A stretch of 36,343 bases of DNA from positions 1 to 36,343 of the IMG/VR virus record IMGVR_UViG_3300022930_000021. The stretch is one strand, 5' to 3'. Of this stretch, positions 9,494 to 16,834 are shown in pieces. The notes beneath the pieces were generated by a model that had not been told where the DNA came from, ran no database searches, and saw only the letters and a list, made by a program, of their open reading frames with translations. The position numbers and the translations under genes were made by a program. The DNA comes from a virus (taxonomy: Duplodnaviria; Caudoviricetes). The stretch's first letter is position 1; each line of letters starts with the position of its first letter.

Positions 9494-9766
9494 ATGACTA
9501 AGAAGACAAAGGTTCAGAAGGTAGAGTTAGTAGACTCAGAAGGCTCTCCTAAAGGCGAACTGAACGCAGTAGATGCTTATAAGACCGTTCGTGGATTCGC
9601 TATAACTCTCACCGCAGCACTCGTAACCGCAGTATCATCCGTCTACCTTAACTGGGATTACAACTGGGCAATAAACGGCAAGGTATTCGACCTGACATGG
9701 GTAGCTATACCAGTCATCGGAGCATTCATAGAGTTAGGTCGACGTTACGCGACGAGTACAAAGTAG
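9494..9766 (+). CDS. Putative holin (2 TM)
   Basis: Two hydrophobic segments and a basic C-terminus, directly after the endolysin. Confidence 0.6.
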   Translation: MTKKTKVQKVELVDSEGSPKGELNAVDAYKTVRGFAITLTAALVTAVSSVYLNWDYNWAINGKVFDLTWVAIPVIGAFIELGRRYATSTK

Positions 9767-9795
9767 TATACTGATAGGGCATCCTCCGACGAAAA

Positions 9796-9828
9796 GAAAA
9801 GACCACCTTTATCGGGTGGTTTTCTCTT
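9796..9828. terminator. Bidirectional intrinsic terminator between the convergent arms
   Basis: GAAAAGACCACC-TTTATCG-GGTGGTTTTCTCTT, with an A-rich tract before and a T-rich tract after. Confidence 0.8.
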
Positions 9829-9885
9829 GTGTGGCAAAATTGTGCCTTTAAGGATGCCATTTCATCCGTCCACATATAAATCCTA

Positions 9886-10308
9886 TCACATCATTCCTGC
9901 CGTGTAGCACTCCCATGGGGATAAGTGGTATTTAGCATACAACCACTCGGCTATATCCATTTGAACGTGCGGGTCATTCTTCTTAGACCAGTCTACTGGC
10001 GTATCATAAATCTCTGTCCATACCCAGGCGAAAGTTCCGTTTATTACCTGGAATACTCCACTGGCTGTACTGTACTTGTTCTTAGCCTCTGGGTCAGGCT
10101 CTCCGTCCTTATTCATATCTGACTCACAAAGTCCTGTCTGTTGCAGATCAAGCGGTAATTGTGCGTAACGTGATTGCCAGGTCGGAGGTACGGGCTTCTG
10201 CATCTCTATCTCCTCCTTCGTCAAATCGGCTGGATGTGCCGTCATCGGGTAACTTATCCAAATCGCTACTATCGTTAGTAAGATAGCTAGTATCGTTAGT
10301 CGTTTCAT
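9886..10308 (-). CDS. Membrane-anchored or secreted lysozyme-fold (lytic transglycosylase-like) protein
   Basis: N-terminal hydrophobic helix; CES catalytic Glu motif, AKN..STASGVFQ, terminal PWEC. Confidence 0.75.
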   Translation of the reverse strand: MKRLTILAILLTIVAIWISYPMTAHPADLTKEEIEMQKPVPPTWQSRYAQLPLDLQQTGLCESDMNKDGEPDPEAKNKYSTASGVFQVINGTFAWVWTEIYDTPVDWSKKNDPHVQMDIAEWLYAKYHLSPWECYTAGMM

Positions 10309-10597
10309 TTAATTGGACCGGTGTGTCTGTCATGCCGTCAGTTGGCGTCGTGTCTGAAATATGGAGTGTAGCCCTAGGGTTACTTGTAAGTGTGCCAGTG
10401 TTTCTAATTATACTGCCTCGTTGCTGACGTACCAAGTCATTTATGCACACAATACATACTACTTGTGGTTCCCTGCATTTGATATATCTATGCCCGCAAC
10501 CTTCACACGTAAGAATAGGTTGCTTAGTCTGGTAGTTCTCTACGTCAATCTTAGCCACATGACTTATGATTCCTTGGAGACTATAGACGGGTTTCAT
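10148..10597 (-). CDS. Hypothetical Zn-binding protein (C-terminal extent doubtful)
   Basis: CEGC...CIVC; ATGA coupling at 10594-10597; overlaps the next gene by about 160 nt. Confidence 0.45.
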   Translation of the reverse strand: MKPVYSLQGIISHVAKIDVENYQTKQPILTCEGCGHRYIKCREPQVVCIVCINDLVRQQRGSIIRNTGTLTSNPRATLHISDTTPTDGMTDTPVQLNETTNDTSYLTNDSSDLDKLPDDGTSSRFDEGGDRDAEARTSDLAITLRTITA

Positions 10598-10920
10598 ACT
10601 CTATCGTCATATGAGTACCCCATAATAGTTGCCATTAGGTATTGCATTATATATCCCATATGCTCTTCTTCCCTCTTGAAATCCATGCTTCGGCTTTCGC
10701 AGATCAATTGGAGAACGTGTACCAATTCATGTGCCAGTTCTGGGCCTACTATCTTTCTAGTTAAATCAATATATAGCGTACATCCGCACATATCGTCTTT
10801 CTGCACATAGACTAGGGCGGTCGGTATGTCTGACGGTATCTTACCTATCTGCCTAACTCTGAGTGTGTAGTGGATATGTGGTAAGTAGATATCCTGTTTC
10901 TTATAGATGTTCTTTTTCAT
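10594..10920 (-). CDS. Small HExxH (zincin-like) phage protein
   Basis: LAHELVHVLQ...EEEHMGYIMQYL. Confidence 0.6.
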   Translation of the reverse strand: MKKNIYKKQDIYLPHIHYTLRVRQIGKIPSDIPTALVYVQKDDMCGCTLYIDLTRKIVGPELAHELVHVLQLICESRSMDFKREEEHMGYIMQYLMATIMGYSYDDRV

Positions 10921-11255
10921 ACCTCAGCTATCGTTATTTTCGTGCGTTCCTGTTTATTGGCGCACGGGTATTTGTAAAGGTGCAATTCCTGTATCTGATT
11001 ATCGTTCTTGAAGAATCCCATGGACTGTAGAACATCGATCTGCACTTTTGCGATGTTGTCTATATCCGACAGTTTATAGTTCTTAAAGTAAGCCTCTATG
11101 GTCACACTCAGAGGCCCTGTGAGGCTCTCAGACGGACGTTTGACCAGCATCGCTATATCCTTCTCAAACTGCTTGTATTCCTTGCTTTTGAACCTTCTAC
11201 CATACCAACCTCTATTGGCTGTGAGGGGTCGGATAGGTATGTCTAATTGAATCAT
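10917..11255 (-). CDS. rusA: RusA-like Holliday junction resolvase
   Basis: PLTANR..., SDIDNIAKVQID...NDNQI match the RusA D-x-D-N-x-x-K and DD-x-Q-I pattern. Confidence 0.8.
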   Translation of the reverse strand: MIQLDIPIRPLTANRGWYGRRFKSKEYKQFEKDIAMLVKRPSESLTGPLSVTIEAYFKNYKLSDIDNIAKVQIDVLQSMGFFKNDNQIQELHLYKYPCANKQERTKITIAEV

Positions 11256-11635
11256 TCTGGTTTCTTGTTAAGTGAAAGCCAGAAATTAGCAACAGCAGAC
11301 TCAGGAGTGTCGCCCCATTCTCCTTTTTCTATTCCACAACCTTTATCGGAATAGCAGTAATTATATCCACACACCCATATCTTTCCATTTTTAGGGATTC
11401 CGAAATCTCCACCATACTCTAGGGCGAATGTACCGTGGTCACGACCGTTTTTTACGTCTAACGGTATGGATTCTATTAATTCGGAAAACGTAGGAAACTT
11501 GGCATACTCCTCATTCTTAACAAGTTCAGAGTCATAAGGTAGAGGCATCTTTCTAGTTCCTAAATACCCACCTCTAGGATGTAATTCCTGCGGAAAACCT
11601 GCATCCTTCAACTTCTTAGCCAGATCGTAATTCAT
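11252..11635 (-). CDS. Hypothetical phage protein
   Basis: LAKKLKDAGFPQ...PTFSELIE...TPESAVANFWL; ATGA-coupled. Confidence 0.7.
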   Translation of the reverse strand: MNYDLAKKLKDAGFPQELHPRGGYLGTRKMPLPYDSELVKNEEYAKFPTFSELIESIPLDVKNGRDHGTFALEYGGDFGIPKNGKIWVCGYNYCYSDKGCGIEKGEWGDTPESAVANFWLSLNKKPE

Positions 11636-11952
11636 CGTATGTTCTCTTTAACCCACTCGAAATCCCTATGCTGTGACAATAGGAAGTCATAGTCGGCTGG
11701 CTTAAACTTATAATCTATTCCTGTCAGGTATTTAATCGTTTTCATGAGCAGTGTCCGTTGTTCGTCCTGATTGTGGTTCATATGGCTGTGACAATAAGTA
11801 CATTGCGGTGAACAGTTAAGAGGTGAAGCTGAGATTCTTCCATAAATGTGATGCAGTTCTATACCTCTATCCGATCTACCGCAACTGAAGCACCAATAGC
11901 AATCCATATAGAGCACCCTCGTATCCGTACTAAAGCCGTTTCTGAGGTTCAT
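11632..11952 (-). CDS. HNH-like / NinG-like nuclease
   Basis: CFSC...ELHHI...N...CTYCH. Confidence 0.65.
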   Translation of the reverse strand: MNLRNGFSTDTRVLYMDCYWCFSCGRSDRGIELHHIYGRISASPLNCSPQCTYCHSHMNHNQDEQRTLLMKTIKYLTGIDYKFKPADYDFLLSQHRDFEWVKENIR

Positions 11953-12443
11953 AAACGAGCGTATGCCCTCCTTACTGCTTCGACTACTAATTCTTCTTTG
12001 GCCTGACCTAGTATGTATTGCAATCGTTCCTTATTTGCTTCAAGGGTCAAGCGTTTAGGACTGTATGTGTATTTATAGGACTTCAAGCTATATCGCCTAG
12101 TGTTAAGAGTATTCTCGCACTTCCTACAGAACTTCCATGTAGGAACCTCCGTCTGCTTCTTGCAAGCCATACATGGCTTGTCTGCGTATGAGAATAGGCT
12201 TTCGTAATCACTTTTGGTTATATTAACTGGTTTAGCTTTTATAACAGGATTCTTCTTAATCCTTGGTGGATGTATCTTTTTGTGGGGAATGTGCGATGAG
12301 AAGAATGGTGAATTACTCATCTTAGAAAATTCTGCACGATCTATTACGTCTTGACAGGAATAACAAAGCTTCATCTGCCTTTTCTCCTTCTCTGACTTGC
12401 AATTTACGCAAGGTAAACCTATGTATCTGACAACTACTTTCAT
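11949..12443 (-). CDS. Cys-rich hypothetical protein with two CxxC...CxxC clusters
   Basis: CVNC/CYSC and CMAC/CRKC; ATGA-coupled to the next gene. Confidence 0.6.
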   Translation of the reverse strand: MKVVVRYIGLPCVNCKSEKEKRQMKLCYSCQDVIDRAEFSKMSNSPFFSSHIPHKKIHPPRIKKNPVIKAKPVNITKSDYESLFSYADKPCMACKKQTEVPTWKFCRKCENTLNTRRYSLKSYKYTYSPKRLTLEANKERLQYILGQAKEELVVEAVRRAYARL

Positions 12444-12444
12444 G

Positions 12445-12519
12445 TACGCCCTGTTGGATTCGAACCAACGAGAAACCTTGGTATAAGCAAGGGCCGCTAA
12501 CCACTGCGGTGAAGGGCGT
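12445..12519 (-). tRNA. tRNA-Ile, anticodon UAU
   Basis: ACGCCCT/AGGGCGT acceptor, CCGC/GCGG D-stem with AGTGGTTA loop, CCTTG-CTTATAC-CAAGG anticodon arm, GTTGG-TTCGAAT-CCAAC T-arm, discriminator A; CCA not encoded. Confidence 0.88.
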
Positions 12520-12598
12520 ATTGATTGGTTTTGTTAGCGTGGTTGTGTCGCCGATTGTCCAATCCCATCGAACGGTTTTATTCCCCGTCGTACTTACT

Positions 12599-12724
12599 TT
12601 ATGCGTTTGCGAGAAGAGCAATACCAGCTACTACTGCTGCGATTGCAGCGACTACCATGAGTGCTGGGAAAACGTAACCGATACCGAATGAGAGAAAGAA
12701 AACGATTGTTGCTACTCGTGACAT
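12599..12724 (-). CDS. Small hydrophobic membrane peptide (41 aa), not in the ORF track
   Basis: MSRVATIVFFLSFGIGYVFPALMVVAAIAAVVAGIALLANA, after a TAGAAT -10 and an A-rich leader. Confidence 0.65.
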   Translation of the reverse strand: MSRVATIVFFLSFGIGYVFPALMVVAAIAAVVAGIALLANA

Positions 12725-12752
12725 ATATGTTTTGTTGTTAAGTAACTACTAT

Positions 12753-12801
12753 ATTCTACACCTAGTACGGATACTGCATATACTACTATTGGGGATAAGT
12801 C
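12753..12801 (-). promoter_or_regulatory. Early promoter with upstream GACTTATCCCCA box
   Basis: -10 TAGAAT 12758-12753; box 12801-12790. Confidence 0.6.
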
Positions 12802-13034
12802 TACTTCTCGTTATACTTATTTATCATTGCATCGGCAATTGCATATGAGGACTCTGCGAGTGTCTCGATCCAATCGGGTTCTTTAGTATCGAAGTTCCTG
12901 TTATCTGAAATAATGCCCTGCATAGCCTTTGCAGCAAGATAGTCCCTGATGGTGAGGCCATTATTACCTGAGTATTTGGTATTGCTCGGAGAAACAAATG
13001 TTTGTATTGGAAACGCTTGGTCTGTAGGTTTCAT
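12801..13034 (-). CDS. Conserved-type phage hypothetical protein
   Basis: AFP...GLTIRDYLAAKAMQG...YAIADAMI pattern, which I recall from many phage proteins. Confidence 0.75.
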   Translation of the reverse strand: MKPTDQAFPIQTFVSPSNTKYSGNNGLTIRDYLAAKAMQGIISDNRNFDTKEPDWIETLAESSYAIADAMINKYNEK

Positions 13035-13049
13035 CGTTTTTAGTTAATT

Positions 13050-13152
13050 AATGATAGACCGCGAGGGAGTGTCTTCGATAGTTTTTCTATGTGGCCACAT
13101 ATACCGACTTTACGGTGAATATCTATTTGACCCCCTCTCGCGACCTACCATT
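13050..13152 (-). ncRNA. Candidate structured RNA / 5' leader
   Basis: About 24-bp closing stem with 4 G-U pairs that form only on the - strand; two inner hairpins (ACCG-TAAAGT-CGGT, TATGT-GGCC-ACATA). Confidence 0.55.
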
Positions 13153-13170
13153 TAAGGTAGGTACTACCTA

Positions 13171-13218
13171 ATAATAACAGTACTTTTAATGCTCTAACCT
13201 AGTCGCTGTGGATAAGTC
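13171..13218 (-). promoter_or_regulatory. Early promoter with upstream GACTTATCCACA (DnaA box)
   Basis: Extended -10 TGt-TATTAT 13176-13171; box 13218-13207. Confidence 0.6.
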
Positions 13219-13374
13219 CTAGTCTTCGATTTCAACTAGAAAGTAATGCCATACCAGCCTGATTTCGCTTGATACGTCATAGCGCGTACCTTTCGCTGTA
13301 TGGGCTTCGGTATGTAGGTACACGGCATCTTCTGGTATCTTCTCCCCTGTAGCATATTTATAGACTTTTCTCAT
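13219..13374 (-). CDS. Small hypothetical protein
   Basis: MRKVYKYATGEKIPEDAVYL...LVWHYFLVEIED; the likely start is the ATG just after the upstream stop. Confidence 0.6.
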   Translation of the reverse strand: MRKVYKYATGEKIPEDAVYLHTEAHTAKGTRYDVSSEIRLVWHYFLVEIED

Positions 13375-13375
13375 A

Positions 13376-13744
13376 TTACATCCCGGCTCTCGCCATATCA
13401 CTTGATAAACGAGCGTGGGTCTTAGCCAACATCACGGTTTGGAGTGCGCGAGTTATGAGTGACTTTTTATCTCTCGTTATCCTGTACTCATCGCTCGCCT
13501 CTACCACCAACTTAGCGTGCGTAGCGGTCTTCCCCTCGTTCAATAGGTCTACTCGCATCTGAGCCACTCGCTGTTCCATGATGTACAGTTCCGATTCCTC
13601 GTTCTGTAGCAGTGCGTTTATCTTCTCTGCGGCGAGTAGATAGGTCCCGGGATCAATGACTCCTTTCTGCTCTGCCATCGTTTGCAGACTCTCCATAATC
13701 GACGAAAGGGTGTTGGGCATATCAGAAAGGTATTTGGTTAACAT
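13376..13744 (-). CDS. Helical hypothetical protein (possibly a recombination mediator)
   Basis: Coiled-coil-like, adjacent to the SSB-like gene; start position uncertain. Confidence 0.55.
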   Translation of the reverse strand: MLTKYLSDMPNTLSSIMESLQTMAEQKGVIDPGTYLLAAEKINALLQNEESELYIMEQRVAQMRVDLLNEGKTATHAKLVVEASDEYRITRDKKSLITRALQTVMLAKTHARLSSDMARAGM

Positions 13745-14129
13745 CTATATCTTCGTCCGGAAACTTTACCTCACCAAATGGTACTGGCGTTCCTGAACTA
13801 GTAAGGTGCGGGTTACTATCCTTCCGTACGCCATTCACTTCCATACGCTTTAGCATGAGGATGATAGTGTCCAGCTTGTCTACGACCTCCTTGCTGTTAC
13901 CGAATCCACCAGCCTTCTTAGGCATCTCGAAGTTCAGATACTGGCCGTTCTCTACAACATCAATCTCAACAGAATCTCCTACCTGCCACGATTCGTTGTC
14001 TTTATTGCCGAATCCACCGAGGAACCTATCGCCGTGCTTGTCGGTCTTGATTGATAGGCTGGTAAACGGCTTTCCTGCCTTAGAAGTGCGCTGAGTACGA
14101 TTAACGTACGTTAGTTTGTATGTATTCAT
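13722..14129 (-). CDS. ssb: Single-stranded DNA-binding protein-like
   Basis: OB-fold-like N-terminus (TSKAGKPF...VGDSVEI) and acidic C-terminal tail DEDIDVNQIPF. Confidence 0.65.
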   Translation of the reverse strand: MNTYKLTYVNRTQRTSKAGKPFTSLSIKTDKHGDRFLGGFGNKDNESWQVGDSVEIDVVENGQYLNFEMPKKAGGFGNSKEVVDKLDTIILMLKRMEVNGVRKDSNPHLTSSGTPVPFGEVKFPDEDIDVNQIPF

Positions 14130-14131
14130 GT

Positions 14132-14533
14132 TTATTTGTTCAAGCTGATTTTAATTTCGTCATGTAATACCTTTGCGTCGAAGTCGTAAATCTCTTTACG
14201 TGTATTAGCGGGGAGCATAGCCTCAAACGTATCGGTGTCTACTCGTGCTACCGTTTCCTTTGGGATAACTGCGAATGGCCTGTCTTCCTTGAAGTACGAT
14301 TTTGCGTCGGCATCACTAACGCTTCTTGATTCATAATCTGCATCGTATTCGACTTTCGCCTCTAACCAGTCACAACTACTGCAACTGCCGTAATAACCCT
14401 TCCATAGTTCAATGCTATCTCCGTTCTCTAATGCAGCAATCCAATCACCTTGGTAGGAACCGAAGCAGTGATATGCAATTAGTTTAAGACCAGTAACCTT
14501 AGATAGCATGTCCCCATAATCTTCTACTTTCAT
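14132..14533 (-). CDS. Hypothetical phage protein
   Basis: 133 aa; GSYQGDW...YYGSCSSCDW motif; tightly packed operon. Confidence 0.7.
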   Translation of the reverse strand: MKVEDYGDMLSKVTGLKLIAYHCFGSYQGDWIAALENGDSIELWKGYYGSCSSCDWLEAKVEYDADYESRSVSDADAKSYFKEDRPFAVIPKETVARVDTDTFEAMLPANTRKEIYDFDAKVLHDEIKISLNK

Positions 14534-14537
14534 ATAT

Positions 14538-14738
14538 CTATTTAATTAATCCCTTCTCATACGCCCTCTTAATGCGAGGAGCGATGAACTGATAAGCGTT
14601 ATTGATCCCTAGAATCCTTTGAATTTGCATGTAACTTACCTCGCCTTTCACATACGCTACCGCCAGCTCTATCTCGTCTTTACTGTAATCTCCTCGTTTT
14701 ATAGGCACTTTACGGGCCTTATCTGTTAGGTTAGTCAT
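14538..14738 (-). CDS. Small putative DNA-binding (HTH-like) protein
   Basis: 66 aa, basic, VSYMQIQRILG helix pattern. Confidence 0.55.
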   Translation of the reverse strand: MTNLTDKARKVPIKRGDYSKDEIELAVAYVKGEVSYMQIQRILGINNAYQFIAPRIKRAYEKGLIK

Positions 14739-15166
14739 TAGTTTCCTCCTCCTAGTAGTAATTTTCCTGTCTGTACATGCTCTGCAAGAGTGTTGCCGTC
14801 CCGCATGATAGCGTATGGCAGGAACACGTCCTCAGTCCTGACCATTTGAGTGTCGATTAGAGCCATCTGCGCCTCTGTCCAATCCTTAATTATTCTCCAG
14901 GACACTCGAATAGCCTGTTGCTGTTCGCATAGACTACGAGGTATCTTTCTATCGTCCTTCATAACCTGCAATACCGGTCGCCAATCACAGGGTAGTCTGA
15001 ATCCCATGTCATGACCATTAGCAGGTATTTGAAACGATAGTGCAGTAAGCATTCCATCTTCATAGTTGGTCATAATAGCCTTAGCACCATGTTTTCCGAG
15101 CATTCTCTGAATCTCCCCGACTGTCTTCTCTACATCTATTTTAGTTGTGTAGTTTAGTAGAGACAT
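14738..15166 (-). CDS. Conserved-type phage hypothetical protein
   Basis: LNYTTKI..EKTVGEIQRML..HGA...FRLP...QAIRVSWRIIKDW...FLPY. Confidence 0.75.
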   Translation of the reverse strand: MSLLNYTTKIDVEKTVGEIQRMLGKHGAKAIMTNYEDGMLTALSFQIPANGHDMGFRLPCDWRPVLQVMKDDRKIPRSLCEQQQAIRVSWRIIKDWTEAQMALIDTQMVRTEDVFLPYAIMRDGNTLAEHVQTGKLLLGGGN

Positions 15167-15167
15167 G

Positions 15168-15419
15168 TTAGGCGACTCGAATTATTGCGTAACCTCCATC
15201 AGCTAACTTGCGTGCTCGAAAGAACATGCCATTGAACTTATCGGAGTTCTGTACGAAGTAAGTGCTTGGTGCTTGCTTGAACGGCCACTCTCCATCGGAG
15301 ATTACAATACCCTTATTTAGATCAAGTGAAATAATCAACTTAATGGTTGGATGCAATTCACGGCCTCGTGGCTTAAACTTAAGTGTTTCAAACTCTTCGG
15401 ATGTAATGTGTTTAATCAT
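15168..15419 (-). CDS. Hypothetical protein
   Basis: 83 aa ORF in a tightly packed operon. Confidence 0.65.
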   Translation of the reverse strand: MIKHITSEEFETLKFKPRGRELHPTIKLIISLDLNKGIVISDGEWPFKQAPSTYFVQNSDKFNGMFFRARKLADGGYAIIRVA

Positions 15420-15423
15420 TTTA

Positions 15424-15741
15424 TTATTCGTTATCCTCTAATATCTCCTTGCCAGCGATGAGTCGCTTCTTGAACTTCTGAATTTCGTTTAGTGTTCTTT
15501 TCTGGCTTGGACTGCATGACTCCCATTCTGCTGAAGTCATCGGCCTATCTAGGTTCTTTTCCATGATATCTGATACCAAGTTGAGGAATGTATCCTCTGG
15601 CATAGAATCGTTCGTCTGAGGGGCGTTTACGGCCTTGTAGAGGGCATTAAACTGTCTTACTACTTCTCCATCATCACCTTCTACCTCACGCTCTAGATAA
15701 GCATATGGCAGGTTCGATGGCACTCGTATAGTTGTCTTCAT
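15424..15741 (-). CDS. Hypothetical protein
   Basis: 105 aa ORF in a tightly packed operon. Confidence 0.7.
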   Translation of the reverse strand: MKTTIRVPSNLPYAYLEREVEGDDGEVVRQFNALYKAVNAPQTNDSMPEDTFLNLVSDIMEKNLDRPMTSAEWESCSPSQKRTLNEIQKFKKRLIAGKEILEDNE

Positions 15742-15743
15742 GT

Positions 15744-15959
15744 TTATTTGTTTGTACTTATCTGGTAATAACCCATAAACTTATCCTCCTTACCTGAATA
15801 TGGTTCTATGGGCGTGCTTGCACTTAGATGGATTACCCCGCCTTTTTCAGTCGTGCAGTATGAATACATGCCGTCTATATGATCGAATGTCAGGTACTCG
15901 CTATCGTCGGAGAGTTTCTCAACAATCCTTATTCCTTTAGGCGCTTCGTAAAGTTTCAT
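15744..15959 (-). CDS. Hypothetical protein
   Basis: MKLYE...FDHIDGMYSYC...IHLSAST; ATGA-coupled. Confidence 0.7.
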   Translation of the reverse strand: MKLYEAPKGIRIVEKLSDDSEYLTFDHIDGMYSYCTTEKGGVIHLSASTPIEPYSGKEDKFMGYYQISTNK

Positions 15960-16156
15960 TTAATCGGTGACGTTACTACCTTGTACTGATAATTCCTGGT
16001 CTTTCCAACGTATCCTCCCTGGAATACCCAGCCACGCTTCCTTAACTGATGGATGTAATGCGATAGTCTAGTAGTGATCCGTTTATCTATCGTAGTGAAA
16101 TTGTCTATCTTTCCTTTCTTCCTAAGAATCTTCTCGATTGTTGCTATTTGTATCAT
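15956..16156 (-). CDS. Small winged-HTH protein
   Basis: TRLSHYIHQLRKRGW resembles the RLxxxIxxLRxxG phage HTH motif. Confidence 0.65.
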   Translation of the reverse strand: MIQIATIEKILRKKGKIDNFTTIDKRITTRLSHYIHQLRKRGWVFQGGYVGKTRNYQYKVVTSPIK

Positions 16157-16160
16157 CGTT

Positions 16161-16634
16161 TTATTTTAATAGGTTAGCTATCGCCTCTAATGTCTCATCC
16201 GTCTGGGAGTTGAGTGAATCATCTAGGAGGCTCCATTCGTATGATTGCCAATTGACGTACTTTTCGTAGCCGGGTCGGTCTGTATGAATTAGTCCGAATG
16301 TACCGTCGTCTCCAACCAAATAAACCCGACCGTTTATATCTGCATCTGCCTCATTCAGTTTCTTAGAAATCGCCACCAGCACATCCGCCAGCCTGATAGG
16401 ACGGCCGATGATTTCAAACGAATCACTCGGTATTCGTCTCGCCTCGGCCGTACCAAATCTTCCATGCCAAGTCGTGCTACTCGGAGTCATAGCATAACTG
16501 TAATCTCCTTGACTCTCGAATACAGCGGTAATGACGCCCTTGCTTGTCTCACACCCAAACTTCAAATCGATAATGCTTGGATTAGCGGTTATACATGCCT
16601 TTCGGATATCCTTTAGGTTTTGTTCTCTATTCAT
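16161..16634 (-). CDS. Hypothetical phage protein
   Basis: 157 aa; IIGRPIRLADVL...W..DDSL..Q..ET. Confidence 0.7.
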   Translation of the reverse strand: MNREQNLKDIRKACITANPSIIDLKFGCETSKGVITAVFESQGDYSYAMTPSSTTWHGRFGTAEARRIPSDSFEIIGRPIRLADVLVAISKKLNEADADINGRVYLVGDDGTFGLIHTDRPGYEKYVNWQSYEWSLLDDSLNSQTDETLEAIANLLK

Positions 16635-16638
16635 ACGA

Positions 16639-16833
16639 TTACTTGTAGTTAGGTAACGCCCAGCAGAGCACGAATATCGAAAATATGAATGCAGCGACAG
16701 TGAAGGCGTAGAGCATAATCATGAACATATGCTTCGACAGCAATAGCCAGTCCTTAACCTCATGCCATACTCGACCTCTCCAACGCTTAGCGGAAACCGT
16801 ATTTGAATAGATGAACGATGGTTTGAAAAACAT
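16639..16833 (-). CDS. Small membrane protein
   Basis: Long C-terminal hydrophobic segment. Confidence 0.6.
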   Translation of the reverse strand: MFFKPSFIYSNTVSAKRWRGRVWHEVKDWLLLSKHMFMIMLYAFTVAAFIFSIFVLCWALPNYK

Positions 16834-16834
16834 A

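Noticed and set aside
10309-10405. Riboswitch (c-di-AMP or c-di-GMP) upstream of the lysozyme-fold gene
   Set aside because: Palindromes are present but I cannot match the conserved aptamer nucleotides
12322-12691. ORFs 12322-12621 (-) and 12509-12691 (+)
   Set aside because: They overlap the tRNA and the better-supported 41-aa peptide gene
12520-13152. Self-cleaving ribozyme near the tRNA or in the 13.1 kb structure
   Set aside because: No hammerhead CUGANGA core and no recognisable HDV/theta, twister or pistol layout by eye
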